A DNA stretch of 64,000 bases, taken from positions 1 to 64,000 of the IMG/VR virus record IMGVR_UViG_3300045988_077625; one strand, 5' to 3'. The DNA comes from a virus. Below the pieces are notes generated by a model, which saw only the letters and a list, made by a program, of their open reading frames with translations, did no database searches and was not told the DNA's origin. A program made the position numbers and the translations under genes. Numbering within the stretch: the first letter of the stretch is position 1; every line of letters begins with the position of its first letter. This document shows positions 27,131-35,727 of this stretch, piece after piece.

Positions 27131-29305
27131 TCACGATTCAGTTGATTTGTCAAGTAGCATTTCACATAATTCAGTATTTCTTTCCTTTTCCTCTTGTACT
27201 CTCAATCCCTCTTGAATAGCCGCCTCATCTCCAATCAATATTAGCCGCTCTTGAGCTCGTGATACCGCCGTGTAGCACAAATTGCGACTTAACATTCTTA
27301 CATGGCTTCTATCAATCACTACAATCACAGCCTTTGCTTGGCTACCTTGGCAGCTATGAATAGAAATTGCATATGCTAATAGTGTATTCTTGATATGAGA
27401 CTTATCAACTATACAATTACCGCAATCATATCGCACAATCATATATGGCTCTTTTTCATCTGGTACAATTTCCATTACTGTGCCAATATCGCCATTTGCT
27501 ACAAAAGCCGTATCATCATCAACAAGCGGCATAGCATATTCATTCTTTTTGTTAATGACCTTATCGCCAACTTTGAAATAGATAGGTACATTATTAACAA
27601 TATGCCCAACCGTGCTTAATTCATTTGGATTGAATTTGGCTTGAATCGCCCCATTGATAGCTAATGAGCCAATTTCGCCCTTATTAAATGGGGATAGAAT
27701 CAGCACATCATCCTTACTATATCCATCTGCTAAGAGCCGCGCATATTCTTGTTCAATTTGATTGATTACTAATGTATCAGTTTCAATGAACTTATAATCT
27801 GTGAAAGTATCTGTCAGATGGTCATTTACTCCATTTCGTACATCAGTAGCTATGGTGATAATGCCAGATGTGTTATATCTGAATACTTTAGTCAAGTTGC
27901 ATACAGGCACTATGCCACTATCAAGCATATCCTCAACAATATTACCACAAGCAATAGATGCAAGCTGAGATGGGTCAGCTATGAAAATGATTTTGGTATT
28001 ATCTGCTACCTTATCAAATAGCATTGATAGCAAATGGACGCTAACCATACCCATTTCATCAATTAGCACATAATCGCCCAGATTGCCCTCACGAATCAAG
28101 AACATATGAATAGTGCTTGCTTCGCGCCCTGTTGCTTCTCTTAGGCGTTTGCTAGCTATCCCTGTCGGGGATAAGAGGGTATAACTATAATCGTTAGCTT
28201 CTAACATTTCAATGATTGCCTTGGTCGTAGCCGATTTCCCCGATCCGGCGCTTCCCGTCAGCATCATAACGTCCTGCTTACAAGCCATCTCAAGAATCTG
28301 CGCCTGTTCATCAGTCAGTTCTAAGCCGTCTACGTTTGTAAACTTCTGCCAATCCATAGGATAATAATGTGGGTTGGCTATTTTTTTCTTGATGACATCA
28401 GCAATATGTTGTTCTGCGCTATATGTGGCTTGTAGAGCTGTATTTTGACTAGAGGTGTCATAGTGTACTTGCGCCGATTTTGTCACAACATCGAGGAGAT
28501 GATGGACACATTGAGGGGCTTTACGCTTGACCATATCAAATAGCTGTTTGGCTTGCATTCTTGTATTACCGTCCAACTCATTATGCTTTAGAGCATAAAT
28601 AGTAGCCGCCTCACATCGTTCATAGCTATCAATCCATTGACACGTCTTTTTGGTTATCGCCTTATCAGCTCTATCGAACGACCATTCAAGCAAGTTAATC
28701 ATAACAGCATATGGATTAGCATTTATATCCTTGCTAAATTCATATACATTCTTATATGTTGCGGCAATTTTGTTTATATCCTCATCATGCTCAATGCACC
28801 AAGAATATGTTTCGCCCATAAATTTAACACGCTTGTTGATTGTCTTGATTTTGTCAATATATCTTGGCAATAGCACATTACCTACGCCACGAATTTTTTT
28901 GTAGTCCAGCTTGTCGGATTCGCCATTCAGCACCATACTGACAAAATGAGGATATGCGGCATGACATGATTCGGCTTGCCCATTGGTCATTAGGCTGCGT
29001 AGCGTCTGTAATTCGGCTTTTTCTGTTAGATTGAATTTGCCATCTTTAGCTACAAATCCAGCGAATCCAATAAATTTATAGCTATATTTATACTTGTCGT
29101 CCTCACATGGCTCGATGATACAATCAATAGACTGCCCCATTTTCAAGTCGGCAATCCCAGTTCCTTTTAGGCTGATTGTGCCATATTGAGGATGCCGTTC
29201 TATTGAGTCATCCTTAGTGCGACATGATATAATTGAGAAATTGGATTCAGGATTATTGAATATCATGCGCATTGGGATTAATTTTACTGTTTGCATGGAA
29301 TACAC
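27131..29305 (-). CDS. RecD-like SF1 DNA helicase
   Basis: Walker A is LTGSAGSGKS and Walker B is VLIDEMGMV. C-terminal SIHSCQGSQ and YTAVSRA motifs. Confidence 0.75.
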   Translation of the reverse strand: MYSMQTVKLIPMRMIFNNPESNFSIISCRTKDDSIERHPQYGTISLKGTGIADLKMGQSIDCIIEPCEDDKYKYSYKFIGFAGFVAKDGKFNLTEKAELQTLRSLMTNGQAESCHAAYPHFVSMVLNGESDKLDYKKIRGVGNVLLPRYIDKIKTINKRVKFMGETYSWCIEHDEDINKIAATYKNVYEFSKDINANPYAVMINLLEWSFDRADKAITKKTCQWIDSYERCEAATIYALKHNELDGNTRMQAKQLFDMVKRKAPQCVHHLLDVVTKSAQVHYDTSSQNTALQATYSAEQHIADVIKKKIANPHYYPMDWQKFTNVDGLELTDEQAQILEMACKQDVMMLTGSAGSGKSATTKAIIEMLEANDYSYTLLSPTGIASKRLREATGREASTIHMFLIREGNLGDYVLIDEMGMVSVHLLSMLFDKVADNTKIIFIADPSQLASIACGNIVEDMLDSGIVPVCNLTKVFRYNTSGIITIATDVRNGVNDHLTDTFTDYKFIETDTLVINQIEQEYARLLADGYSKDDVLILSPFNKGEIGSLAINGAIQAKFNPNELSTVGHIVNNVPIYFKVGDKVINKKNEYAMPLVDDDTAFVANGDIGTVMEIVPDEKEPYMIVRYDCGNCIVDKSHIKNTLLAYAISIHSCQGSQAKAVIVVIDRSHVRMLSRNLCYTAVSRAQERLILIGDEAAIQEGLRVQEEKERNTELCEMLLDKSTES

Positions 29306-30009
29306 CTATACAATTTTTCTGTTTTATCGGTACGACTTGATTTATCCAGTGTGCACTTCAACTTGCCTTCCCAGATACATTCAAAGCCGTCCTCTGGCAT
29401 CCAATATTCACTAATCAGAACGATATTAGTCTTAGCCATTTTTTTACACCAAGCATAGAATTTATCATAGTCAAAATCGCTTGTTGCATATTTTGTTGTA
29501 TCGCGGTATGGAGGGTCACAATAAATGACCATATGATCCACATCCAATTTCCAGAAATCGCCACATACAAAAAATATTCCTTTTAACTTGGGGGCTTGTT
29601 TCTTGATATTTCTGATAGCCTCGTTAGTAATATCTCTTGGCGTTACGCCATCTGCTTTGAAGCCCCTTGGATAACCACCGAACCATTTTGCGCCGAACGT
29701 ACAGAACCCTACAAGCCCTACATACCAATCTGGATAATTGGATGGATTGGTTCTTACAGCATTATATTCTTCCTCTGTGATGGTATCAGGCAAATCATCT
29801 GTTGTCTCTGATACATGATTTAGTAATGCAATCAGATATTTATGAACATCGTTTCCAATCTTACATGGGCATTTGATTTTATCAATCATATTAGCACCGC
29901 CAACAAACGGCTCTAAATAGCCACGACAATTAGGCATATTATCAATATATGATTGGATAATAGGTGCAATTTGCTTACTCAAGCGGTTCTTGCTCCCAAC
30001 GTATTTCAT
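29284..30009 (-). CDS. dam: DNA N6-adenine methyltransferase (Dam family)
   Basis: N-terminus MKYVGSKNRL (D12 class) and catalytic motif YCDPPY. Confidence 0.75.
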   Translation of the reverse strand: MKYVGSKNRLSKQIAPIIQSYIDNMPNCRGYLEPFVGGANMIDKIKCPCKIGNDVHKYLIALLNHVSETTDDLPDTITEEEYNAVRTNPSNYPDWYVGLVGFCTFGAKWFGGYPRGFKADGVTPRDITNEAIRNIKKQAPKLKGIFFVCGDFWKLDVDHMVIYCDPPYRDTTKYATSDFDYDKFYAWCKKMAKTNIVLISEYWMPEDGFECIWEGKLKCTLDKSSRTDKTEKLYRCIPCKQ

Positions 30010-30269
30010 TTGTCATCCTCCTCAACCAGCAGTTGTTCCCATCTGTCAATAATAATCTCCATCAGCTTAGTTGCTCCAAACGCTGGCTCCCAGTCTTCAT
30101 TGTACATTACTTCAAACCCTGTGCAATCAACAAATGTAATCCAACGATATTTTGTAGCTGTCACCTTAAATTCATTATTGCCTGTTACGCTTACATTTGC
30201 TTTTAGCAAGCTATTACAGATATGGCATACAGCATCAAGCCATGCTTCATAGGTTAATACGTCTTGCAT
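30006..30269 (-). CDS. hypothetical protein
   Basis: 87-aa ORF with a 4-nt overlap with dam. Confidence 0.35.
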   Translation of the reverse strand: MQDVLTYEAWLDAVCHICNSLLKANVSVTGNNEFKVTATKYRWITFVDCTGFEVMYNEDWEPAFGATKLMEIIIDRWEQLLVEEDDK

Positions 30270-30273
30270 TTGA

Positions 30274-30462
30274 TTACATCTCCTCTTGCCCCAAATTTAT
30301 AAATTCGCAAACACTCATAATTATATCTTCATATTTATCAAATTCATTAGATTTTTTAACAAAATCTCTTGCTTCATACTCCATGAAAAATTTAGGAGTA
30401 AAAATCAATTTGTATCTATCTGTTCTCGTGTTTCTAACTTTAACAAACCAGTTATGTTTCAT
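30274..30462 (-). CDS. hypothetical protein
   Basis: 62-aa ORF downstream of the promoter at 30496-30524. Confidence 0.35.
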   Translation of the reverse strand: MKHNWFVKVRNTRTDRYKLIFTPKFFMEYEARDFVKKSNEFDKYEDIIMSVCEFINLGQEEM

Positions 30463-30495
30463 AATTAAAACAACCTCCTGTTCTTTGATAAATCA

Positions 30496-30524
30496 AGTAT
30501 ATCATAGTAACAAGAGGTTGTCAA
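30496..30524 (-). promoter_or_regulatory. sigma-A type promoter
   Basis: TTGACA-17 nt-TATACT. Confidence 0.6.
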
Positions 30525-30536
30525 GCAATATTTTAA

Positions 30537-30791
30537 TTATTTTTTAATCATTTTCTTTAATTCTGCAAATAGCTCTCTACCACAAATAGGACAAGTAGAA
30601 TTTATGTCAACTACATATTTTTCATCTACCATTAGACCGCAATTTGGGCATTTAATAGGTGCATATTTTAGGGGACGCTCAGTCCGTTTGCGACGATTTC
30701 TTTCTGCTCTGCTCAATTTCTTCTTTCTCCTTATATTTTGCTCTATATTCGTCCCGTCTGGCTTCATCACCATCATTCCACCATTTAACAT
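30537..30791 (-). CDS. basic zinc-ribbon protein
   Basis: CPNCG...CPICG preceded by an R/K-rich segment. The 5' part overlaps the upstream gene in another frame, so the true start is uncertain. Confidence 0.35.
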   Translation of the reverse strand: MLNGGMMVMKPDGTNIEQNIRRKKKLSRAERNRRKRTERPLKYAPIKCPNCGLMVDEKYVVDINSTCPICGRELFAELKKMIKK

Positions 30792-31119
30792 TGATATAAT
30801 CTAACACTTTAGCCATACCAAGCCCCTTAGCAGGGATCCACTTACCAGAATCATCATATTTACCTCCACGCATACAATAATCATAAAGTTGTGGATGGGT
30901 ATTAGCTAATGTTTGGAAACGATTTGGTTCTTTTTCAAGGTGACACCCAAATCCACAGAACACACAACCTGTTCTTTTGTAATTTGTGAAGTATAGCAAA
31001 CCGTTTGCTTCTTTTAGCTCTCCATATACAGATGCATATGGAAGATTATGTTTCTTGATATAATGAAGAATATCTTGCTCCGTCCAAAATGCGAGCGGCG
31101 TTGAAATTGGTTCTTTCAA
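30679..31119 (-). CDS. PAPS reductase-like protein, C-terminal part (in frame with 31153-31752 across one TAA)
   Basis: PLAFWTEQDILHYIKKHNLPYASVYG and GCVFCGFG are motifs typical of the PAPS reductase/DndC-like family. Confidence 0.6.
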   Translation of the reverse strand: MKEPISTPLAFWTEQDILHYIKKHNLPYASVYGELKEANGLLYFTNYKRTGCVFCGFGCHLEKEPNRFQTLANTHPQLYDYCMRGGKYDDSGKWIPAKGLGMAKVLDYINVKWWNDGDEARRDEYRAKYKEKEEIEQSRKKSSQTD

Positions 31120-31152
31120 ATTAAACGCATTACATCCTTGTTGTAGCCAATT

Positions 31153-31752
31153 TTATTCTCGTCTTTCAGATTCTACAGTCATTACAGCCGTCATCGGATG
31201 TAGTCCCGTTTTGTGATAATAATGCTTCAATGGTTCTTTCTTCATTTTATTGCAACAATTATCACCTATTGGAACGTCGCAATTACTTAAATATCTCCAT
31301 TTAAGAGGTAGCATTTTTGTTGTTGCTTTCTTTCCTGTACTTGTAATTCCAGTAAGTCTTAAATTTCTTGTTTTTATGTTTCTTTCAGGGGGATTTTGTA
31401 AGTCCCATATCATTCTTGAGCATTGTTTAGAAATAACTGGATAACCGAATTTCGTTACAACTTCACCAAATGTTAGTTTTGGCTTGACGATAGCAACGTT
31501 GTCAAACGATTTCACAAATGTTCTAATTTCAGGAAATTCAAGCCCAGTATCAGAATAAACAGCAATCACATCAGGATATACATTCCGCACTAAATCAAGC
31601 AAGACCGTACTGTCTTTGCCTCTACTAAAAGAAACTGCGACCTTTCCATCCCAATGTTCATACCATTCAATAATACGAGCCGTACTAATCTGAATCTTTT
31701 CTTCAAGAGATTTGGATTGTAGCTCTTTCAAATCTTCCTTTGTATGATTCAT
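31153..31752 (-). CDS. PAPS reductase-like PP-loop ATP pyrophosphatase, N-terminal part
   Basis: PP-loop is VAVSFSRGKDSTVLLDL. The ORF ends ..TVESERRE-TAA, and the family motif continues in the same frame (NWLQQGCNAF). Confidence 0.65.
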   Translation of the reverse strand: MNHTKEDLKELQSKSLEEKIQISTARIIEWYEHWDGKVAVSFSRGKDSTVLLDLVRNVYPDVIAVYSDTGLEFPEIRTFVKSFDNVAIVKPKLTFGEVVTKFGYPVISKQCSRMIWDLQNPPERNIKTRNLRLTGITSTGKKATTKMLPLKWRYLSNCDVPIGDNCCNKMKKEPLKHYYHKTGLHPMTAVMTVESERRE

Positions 31753-32843
31753 TTCACAAATTTCTCCTTATATTCAACGACCGCGTTCACAAATTCATCA
31801 ATGCCCTCACATGTTGTATTTTCTCCAAAAGACACTCTAACAACACGACTTGCTTCATCATTAGCTAAGCCACAAGCATTGAGCACTCTGAAATCATGTA
31901 GACTTGAACAGGTAGAACCGCCAATACCAATATAGATTTGCTTAGATGCTAGATATTGCTGTAAGCTGTCAGCGTTAATATCATCAAACATAATAGCGTT
32001 GATAGCAGACACGCTACGTGCTGGTTCATTTGCATTCGACTTATCTGGTTTCAACGCATTATTGACAACAGCACCGTGAATATCATTATCAGTGAATTTA
32101 TCAAGCATATATCGGTATAGTTCATATGCTCTTGCCTCATGCTCCTCTGCGTTCTTACAAGCATCTTCAGTAGCATCAACAATAGCCATCGCACCAACAA
32201 GATTAGGCGTACCATGCAGCTTGAAATCACCAAGACAATCATTGAGTTTATCAGATAACCACATAGCACCAATGCCGCCCTCAGTACCAAGCTTGTGTCC
32301 ACTCCAAATAGCACAGTCGCACCATTGGTCAATATTGGCTGGAATTGGAGCTTTGCCAATCATAGCGGTCATATCGCAAATATAGAATGAATGGAATCCA
32401 TGACAGATTGTGCCGATTTGCTCAATATGGAAAATTTCACCTGTGATATTATTGACCCCTTGCCAGATGACACATCCTCTATATCCTCTATATCCTCTAT
32501 TCTTAGTTAGAGCATCCTTAAGTTGAATTATATTGGCTACTCTTGTTACTAAGAATCGGTCGAACGAATCATGTTCATATGTCGAGCCAATAACATACTC
32601 TGTGAATCTGCGCTTACCATTGACTTCCCAATTCATCAAATTCTCAACCATCTGACTACTTGTGCCACCAAATACAACCTTGCCGCTCTTAGCACCAATA
32701 GCCGCCTTTACCCTATTTGCACAATCATCAAGCAATTTCTGTTCCTTATAAGCATAATTGGCATTAGAGTTTAGAAACGAGCCGTATTTACTACATGGAT
32801 ATTTAGTGAACGGATTAGTTGCAGCATAATCTAAATAAATCAA
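31749..32843 (-). CDS. NifS/IscS-like class V PLP enzyme (cysteine desulfurase paralog 2)
   Basis: MIYLDYAATNP N-terminus. PLP-lysine motif WSGHKLGTEGGIGAMWL. Cys loop GIGGSTCSS..FRVLNACGL. Its stop overlaps the PP-loop gene start (ATGA). Confidence 0.65.
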   Translation of the reverse strand: MIYLDYAATNPFTKYPCSKYGSFLNSNANYAYKEQKLLDDCANRVKAAIGAKSGKVVFGGTSSQMVENLMNWEVNGKRRFTEYVIGSTYEHDSFDRFLVTRVANIIQLKDALTKNRGYRGYRGCVIWQGVNNITGEIFHIEQIGTICHGFHSFYICDMTAMIGKAPIPANIDQWCDCAIWSGHKLGTEGGIGAMWLSDKLNDCLGDFKLHGTPNLVGAMAIVDATEDACKNAEEHEARAYELYRYMLDKFTDNDIHGAVVNNALKPDKSNANEPARSVSAINAIMFDDINADSLQQYLASKQIYIGIGGSTCSSLHDFRVLNACGLANDEASRVVRVSFGENTTCEGIDEFVNAVVEYKEKFVK

Positions 32844-34453
32844 TTAAAATATTCACTCCAATCAATTTCATTTTCATTTGGTTTATCAACAATCTCATAT
32901 CGTTCAATGATTGCTTGTGGCTTAATCTGCCCATTATATTCGTTCAACCCAAGCGATACTACTACCTCTATGGATTTGCCCTGTGCTGATTCAAATTGGT
33001 TTGCTTCTTCATTACTAACAAAGAATTTAATGAATTCAATGCCATCCTGAATTAGCTTAACAGTAGTTGAGCGATTACGATATACATAGATTTGAGGAGA
33101 AGGCAGGGTTAGATGGAATAACGGACTTGGCACACCTTGACCCCATAGGATATTATTTTCTACACACACATTTGCAAGATTGCGTGTAATATTATTAGGC
33201 GCGATCTGAGCCGCCACCTCAATATCTGGCTCTACGTCCAAATCAAGTCCATCTAAGAATCGCGCAAATCGCTTGAGATTGGACTTTTTTACTGTGATAC
33301 CAGCTGCCGCATCATGTCCTTGACATTTAGCTAATCCTGATTTATTGATAATTTCAAGCAAATCAATAGGACTACGCATCGAGCCAGACCATGTTGTACT
33401 GTTTAGTTCTCTCAGCAGGAATGTGGGCTTATTATATTTCCCACAAAATTTATTGGCTACAAGCCCTAAATAGGATTTATTCTCAGGTTCACCAAAGCCG
33501 ATAATAACCTTATGAGACGTATCAAGCCCATCTGATAGCTTATCTACAACCTTCTTGACTTGATAATCCTGTTTGGACTTTACGGCTTTCATAGCCTTTA
33601 CGGCGGCTTCTGGCTCAATCTTACCAATCAGCGCATCAAAGAATAACCGCTTAGTAGACTGGTCATCACTACGAGCAAGCGCATTGGCAAGAGGCGCAAT
33701 ACCAAATGCCACACCCTCTGGATTAACGCCACGATTGCAACAATGCTCTAAGCAGTATTTGATGAATGGATTAGTTGGATTAGTTAATCCGTCATATACA
33801 TACTTACGGTTCTCAAGTGAACGTAAGCTGCAAATATCAGAGATTAGGCTAACAGCTACTAAATCCTTGAAAGATTGAGTCGAGCCAAGCGCACAAGCAA
33901 ATTTTTCTACAACACCTGTACCACTAATGTCTTTATTGATATTCGGCGCATTGTCGGCTCGATACGGGTTGACTACAACGGCGTGTTGATTCTTTCGCTC
34001 AATGATATGGTGGTCAAGAACAAGACAAGTGCATTTATGCTGTTCCAGCTCTAAACAAGCGTCATTTTCATTAGAGCTTGAATCAGGCAAGATAAGAAAA
34101 TCAATATGCGCATCAATAATATCTTGCATCAGGTCTTGTATACCATGCTGCTTTCCAGAATGGAATAGTACTACTGGTTCTTTCTTTCCAAATTCTTTAC
34201 ATAGCAAATATGCGATTGCCGCTGATAAGTTGCCATCTCCGTCAGAATCGGCAACGATGCCAATTTGAATATCGTCATTAGCATACTTGAACATATCAAC
34301 AGCCACATCCATATTCTTGTACATATCAGGCGATTGATATTCAATCTTATCTGGATTTAGATATGAGTCAATATCATCTATACCACAAGCGGATAAATAT
34401 TCCCTTAAAAATGTGGCTTCATTAAGGGAATTAAGTAGTGGATGAATTTTAAT
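32840..34453 (-). CDS. DHH-family phosphoesterase (RecJ-like), proposed ATT start
   Basis: DHH motifs are VADSDGDG and LVLDHH. DHHA1 motif is CQGHDAAAGI. The conserved-looking N-terminus (LREYLSACGIDDIDSYLNP) lies upstream of the first ATG (34324). AAGGAGG at 34464-34470 precedes ATT 34453. Confidence 0.6.
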   Translation of the reverse strand: MKIHPLLNSLNEATFLREYLSACGIDDIDSYLNPDKIEYQSPDMYKNMDVAVDMFKYANDDIQIGIVADSDGDGNLSAAIAYLLCKEFGKKEPVVLFHSGKQHGIQDLMQDIIDAHIDFLILPDSSSNENDACLELEQHKCTCLVLDHHIIERKNQHAVVVNPYRADNAPNINKDISGTGVVEKFACALGSTQSFKDLVAVSLISDICSLRSLENRKYVYDGLTNPTNPFIKYCLEHCCNRGVNPEGVAFGIAPLANALARSDDQSTKRLFFDALIGKIEPEAAVKAMKAVKSKQDYQVKKVVDKLSDGLDTSHKVIIGFGEPENKSYLGLVANKFCGKYNKPTFLLRELNSTTWSGSMRSPIDLLEIINKSGLAKCQGHDAAAGITVKKSNLKRFARFLDGLDLDVEPDIEVAAQIAPNNITRNLANVCVENNILWGQGVPSPLFHLTLPSPQIYVYRNRSTTVKLIQDGIEFIKFFVSNEEANQFESAQGKSIEVVVSLGLNEYNGQIKPQAIIERYEIVDKPNENEIDWSEYFN

Positions 34454-34485
34454 ATAAAATCAACCTCCTTATTATTGATATAGTG

Positions 34486-34514
34486 ATTATATCATAAAGA
34501 GGTTGATTTGTCAA
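34486..34514 (-). promoter_or_regulatory. sigma-A type promoter
   Basis: TTGACA-17 nt-TATAAT with TGa extended -10. Confidence 0.7.
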
Positions 34515-34525
34515 GTATTAAATTA

Positions 34526-34798
34526 TCAAATTTCTTCAACTAGCACATATTCATTATCCCAAGTACTAATATAATACAGACCACCATGGTCAAGCCCAAG
34601 AAAATCAGTTTCGTTTTCTGTAAGCATCCTGACGTCCTCTGCGTCTCGATTGAGAAATTCTACCATAGAATCAATATCATCAATTCGAGCATTCTTGAAC
34701 GATTCAACATCCTTATATTCATCTCTGAGATGAGGATCGTCCTTAAACAACATAAAAGCCTCCTCTACTTCCATGACATTGAGCGTGATTTTCTTCAT
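34526..34798 (-). CDS. hypothetical acidic protein
   Basis: GGAGG RBS then ATG 34798. Confidence 0.4.
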   Translation of the reverse strand: MKKITLNVMEVEEAFMLFKDDPHLRDEYKDVESFKNARIDDIDSMVEFLNRDAEDVRMLTENETDFLGLDHGGLYYISTWDNEYVLVEEI

Positions 34799-34841
34799 AT
34801 TATAATCCTCCAAATATATATTAGCCGGTTGGCTTAAATAT

Positions 34842-34870
34842 AGAATAGCACAAAAACATTGATTTGTCAA
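34842..34870 (-). promoter_or_regulatory. sigma-A type promoter
   Basis: TTGACA-17 nt-TATTCT. Confidence 0.5.
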
Positions 34871-34880
34871 GTATTATTTT

Positions 34881-35072
34881 TTACCTAAAAATTGTGCCAT
34901 CCCAAGGCTTATATTCATAGCCGCAACGAGGACAATAATTAGCCTCAACTAGCTCATAGTGATAACCACATCTAGCACAAACACTATACCATGAGCCATT
35001 TGTATTATATCTGTGTTTCCATTTTAGCCTTGTTTCATATAGTGGCTTATATTTACCATATTTTCTCTGCAT
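34881..35072 (-). CDS. zinc-ribbon protein
   Basis: Has CARCG...CPRCG. 63 aa. Confidence 0.35.
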   Translation of the reverse strand: MQRKYGKYKPLYETRLKWKHRYNTNGSWYSVCARCGYHYELVEANYCPRCGYEYKPWDGTIFR

Positions 35073-35194
35073 TGCTCAGTACATTCAAATGGCTCTTTAG
35101 TAGCCCAACATTCTATCCTAACTACAGTGCGCTCTTTGCCATCCACATATCGTTGATACCGGCATTCATGTGCATATTTACATTCGCTTTTCAT
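35021..35194 (-). CDS. small Cys-rich hypothetical ORF (57 aa)
   Basis: ATG 35194 lies just after the methyltransferase stop. It overlaps ORF 34881-35072 by about 50 nt in another frame. Confidence 0.25.
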
Positions 35195-35198
35195 AACA

Positions 35199-35675
35199 TT
35201 ATCTCTCTTTCATAAATGCCATCCAATGTGTTTTCTGCAATTTACCAGATTTATGTCCGTACATTGGCTCGTATCCAATAACTCGAATTATTTTTGATAC
35301 AGGAATGTCCGTTTCGTTCCATTTGAAAATTAGCGTTCCATTTGGCTTTAAGACCCTCATACATTCAGAGAATCCCTCGTGTAGCGTCTTTTCCCAATCC
35401 TCTTTAAGTACACCATATTTCTTTGCCATCCATGAATTTTCTCCAAGTGTAATCATGTGTGGAGGGTCAAATACAACGTGCCAAAAAGTATTATCATCAA
35501 ATGGTAAATTAGTAAAATCAGTAATAATGTCTGGTTTGATAATTAGTTTGCGCCCATCACATAGATTAGCATTTAACTCTCTACAATCACAAAATTCAAC
35601 ATCTGGATTATTTTTATCAAACCAGAACATCTTACTTCCGCAACATGGGTCTAATACCCTTTTTTCTGTTCTCAT
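35199..35675 (-). CDS. SAM-dependent DNA methyltransferase (DPPH motif)
   Basis: SAM-binding region VLDPCCGSKMFWF and catalytic-type motif VVFDPPHM. Confidence 0.6.
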   Translation of the reverse strand: MRTEKRVLDPCCGSKMFWFDKNNPDVEFCDCRELNANLCDGRKLIIKPDIITDFTNLPFDDNTFWHVVFDPPHMITLGENSWMAKKYGVLKEDWEKTLHEGFSECMRVLKPNGTLIFKWNETDIPVSKIIRVIGYEPMYGHKSGKLQKTHWMAFMKER

Positions 35676-35727
35676 ACTCTTACCCTACTTTCCCATAATT
35701 TCATAGCTTGCTCATATGGTAGGTCCA

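Noticed and set aside
31153-31155. Genome-wide stop-codon reassignment suggested by the in-frame TAA.
   Set aside because: TAA ends many well-delimited genes here, long ORFs of up to 1400 codons are uninterrupted, and neither tRNA has a suppressor anticodon. This is an isolated event.
34449-34463. Four-codon mini-ORF (TTG ATT TTA TAT TAA) between the RBS and the RecJ-like frame.
   Set aside because: The TTG abuts the GGAGG with no spacer, so initiation there is unlikely. It is kept only as context for the ATT-start proposal.
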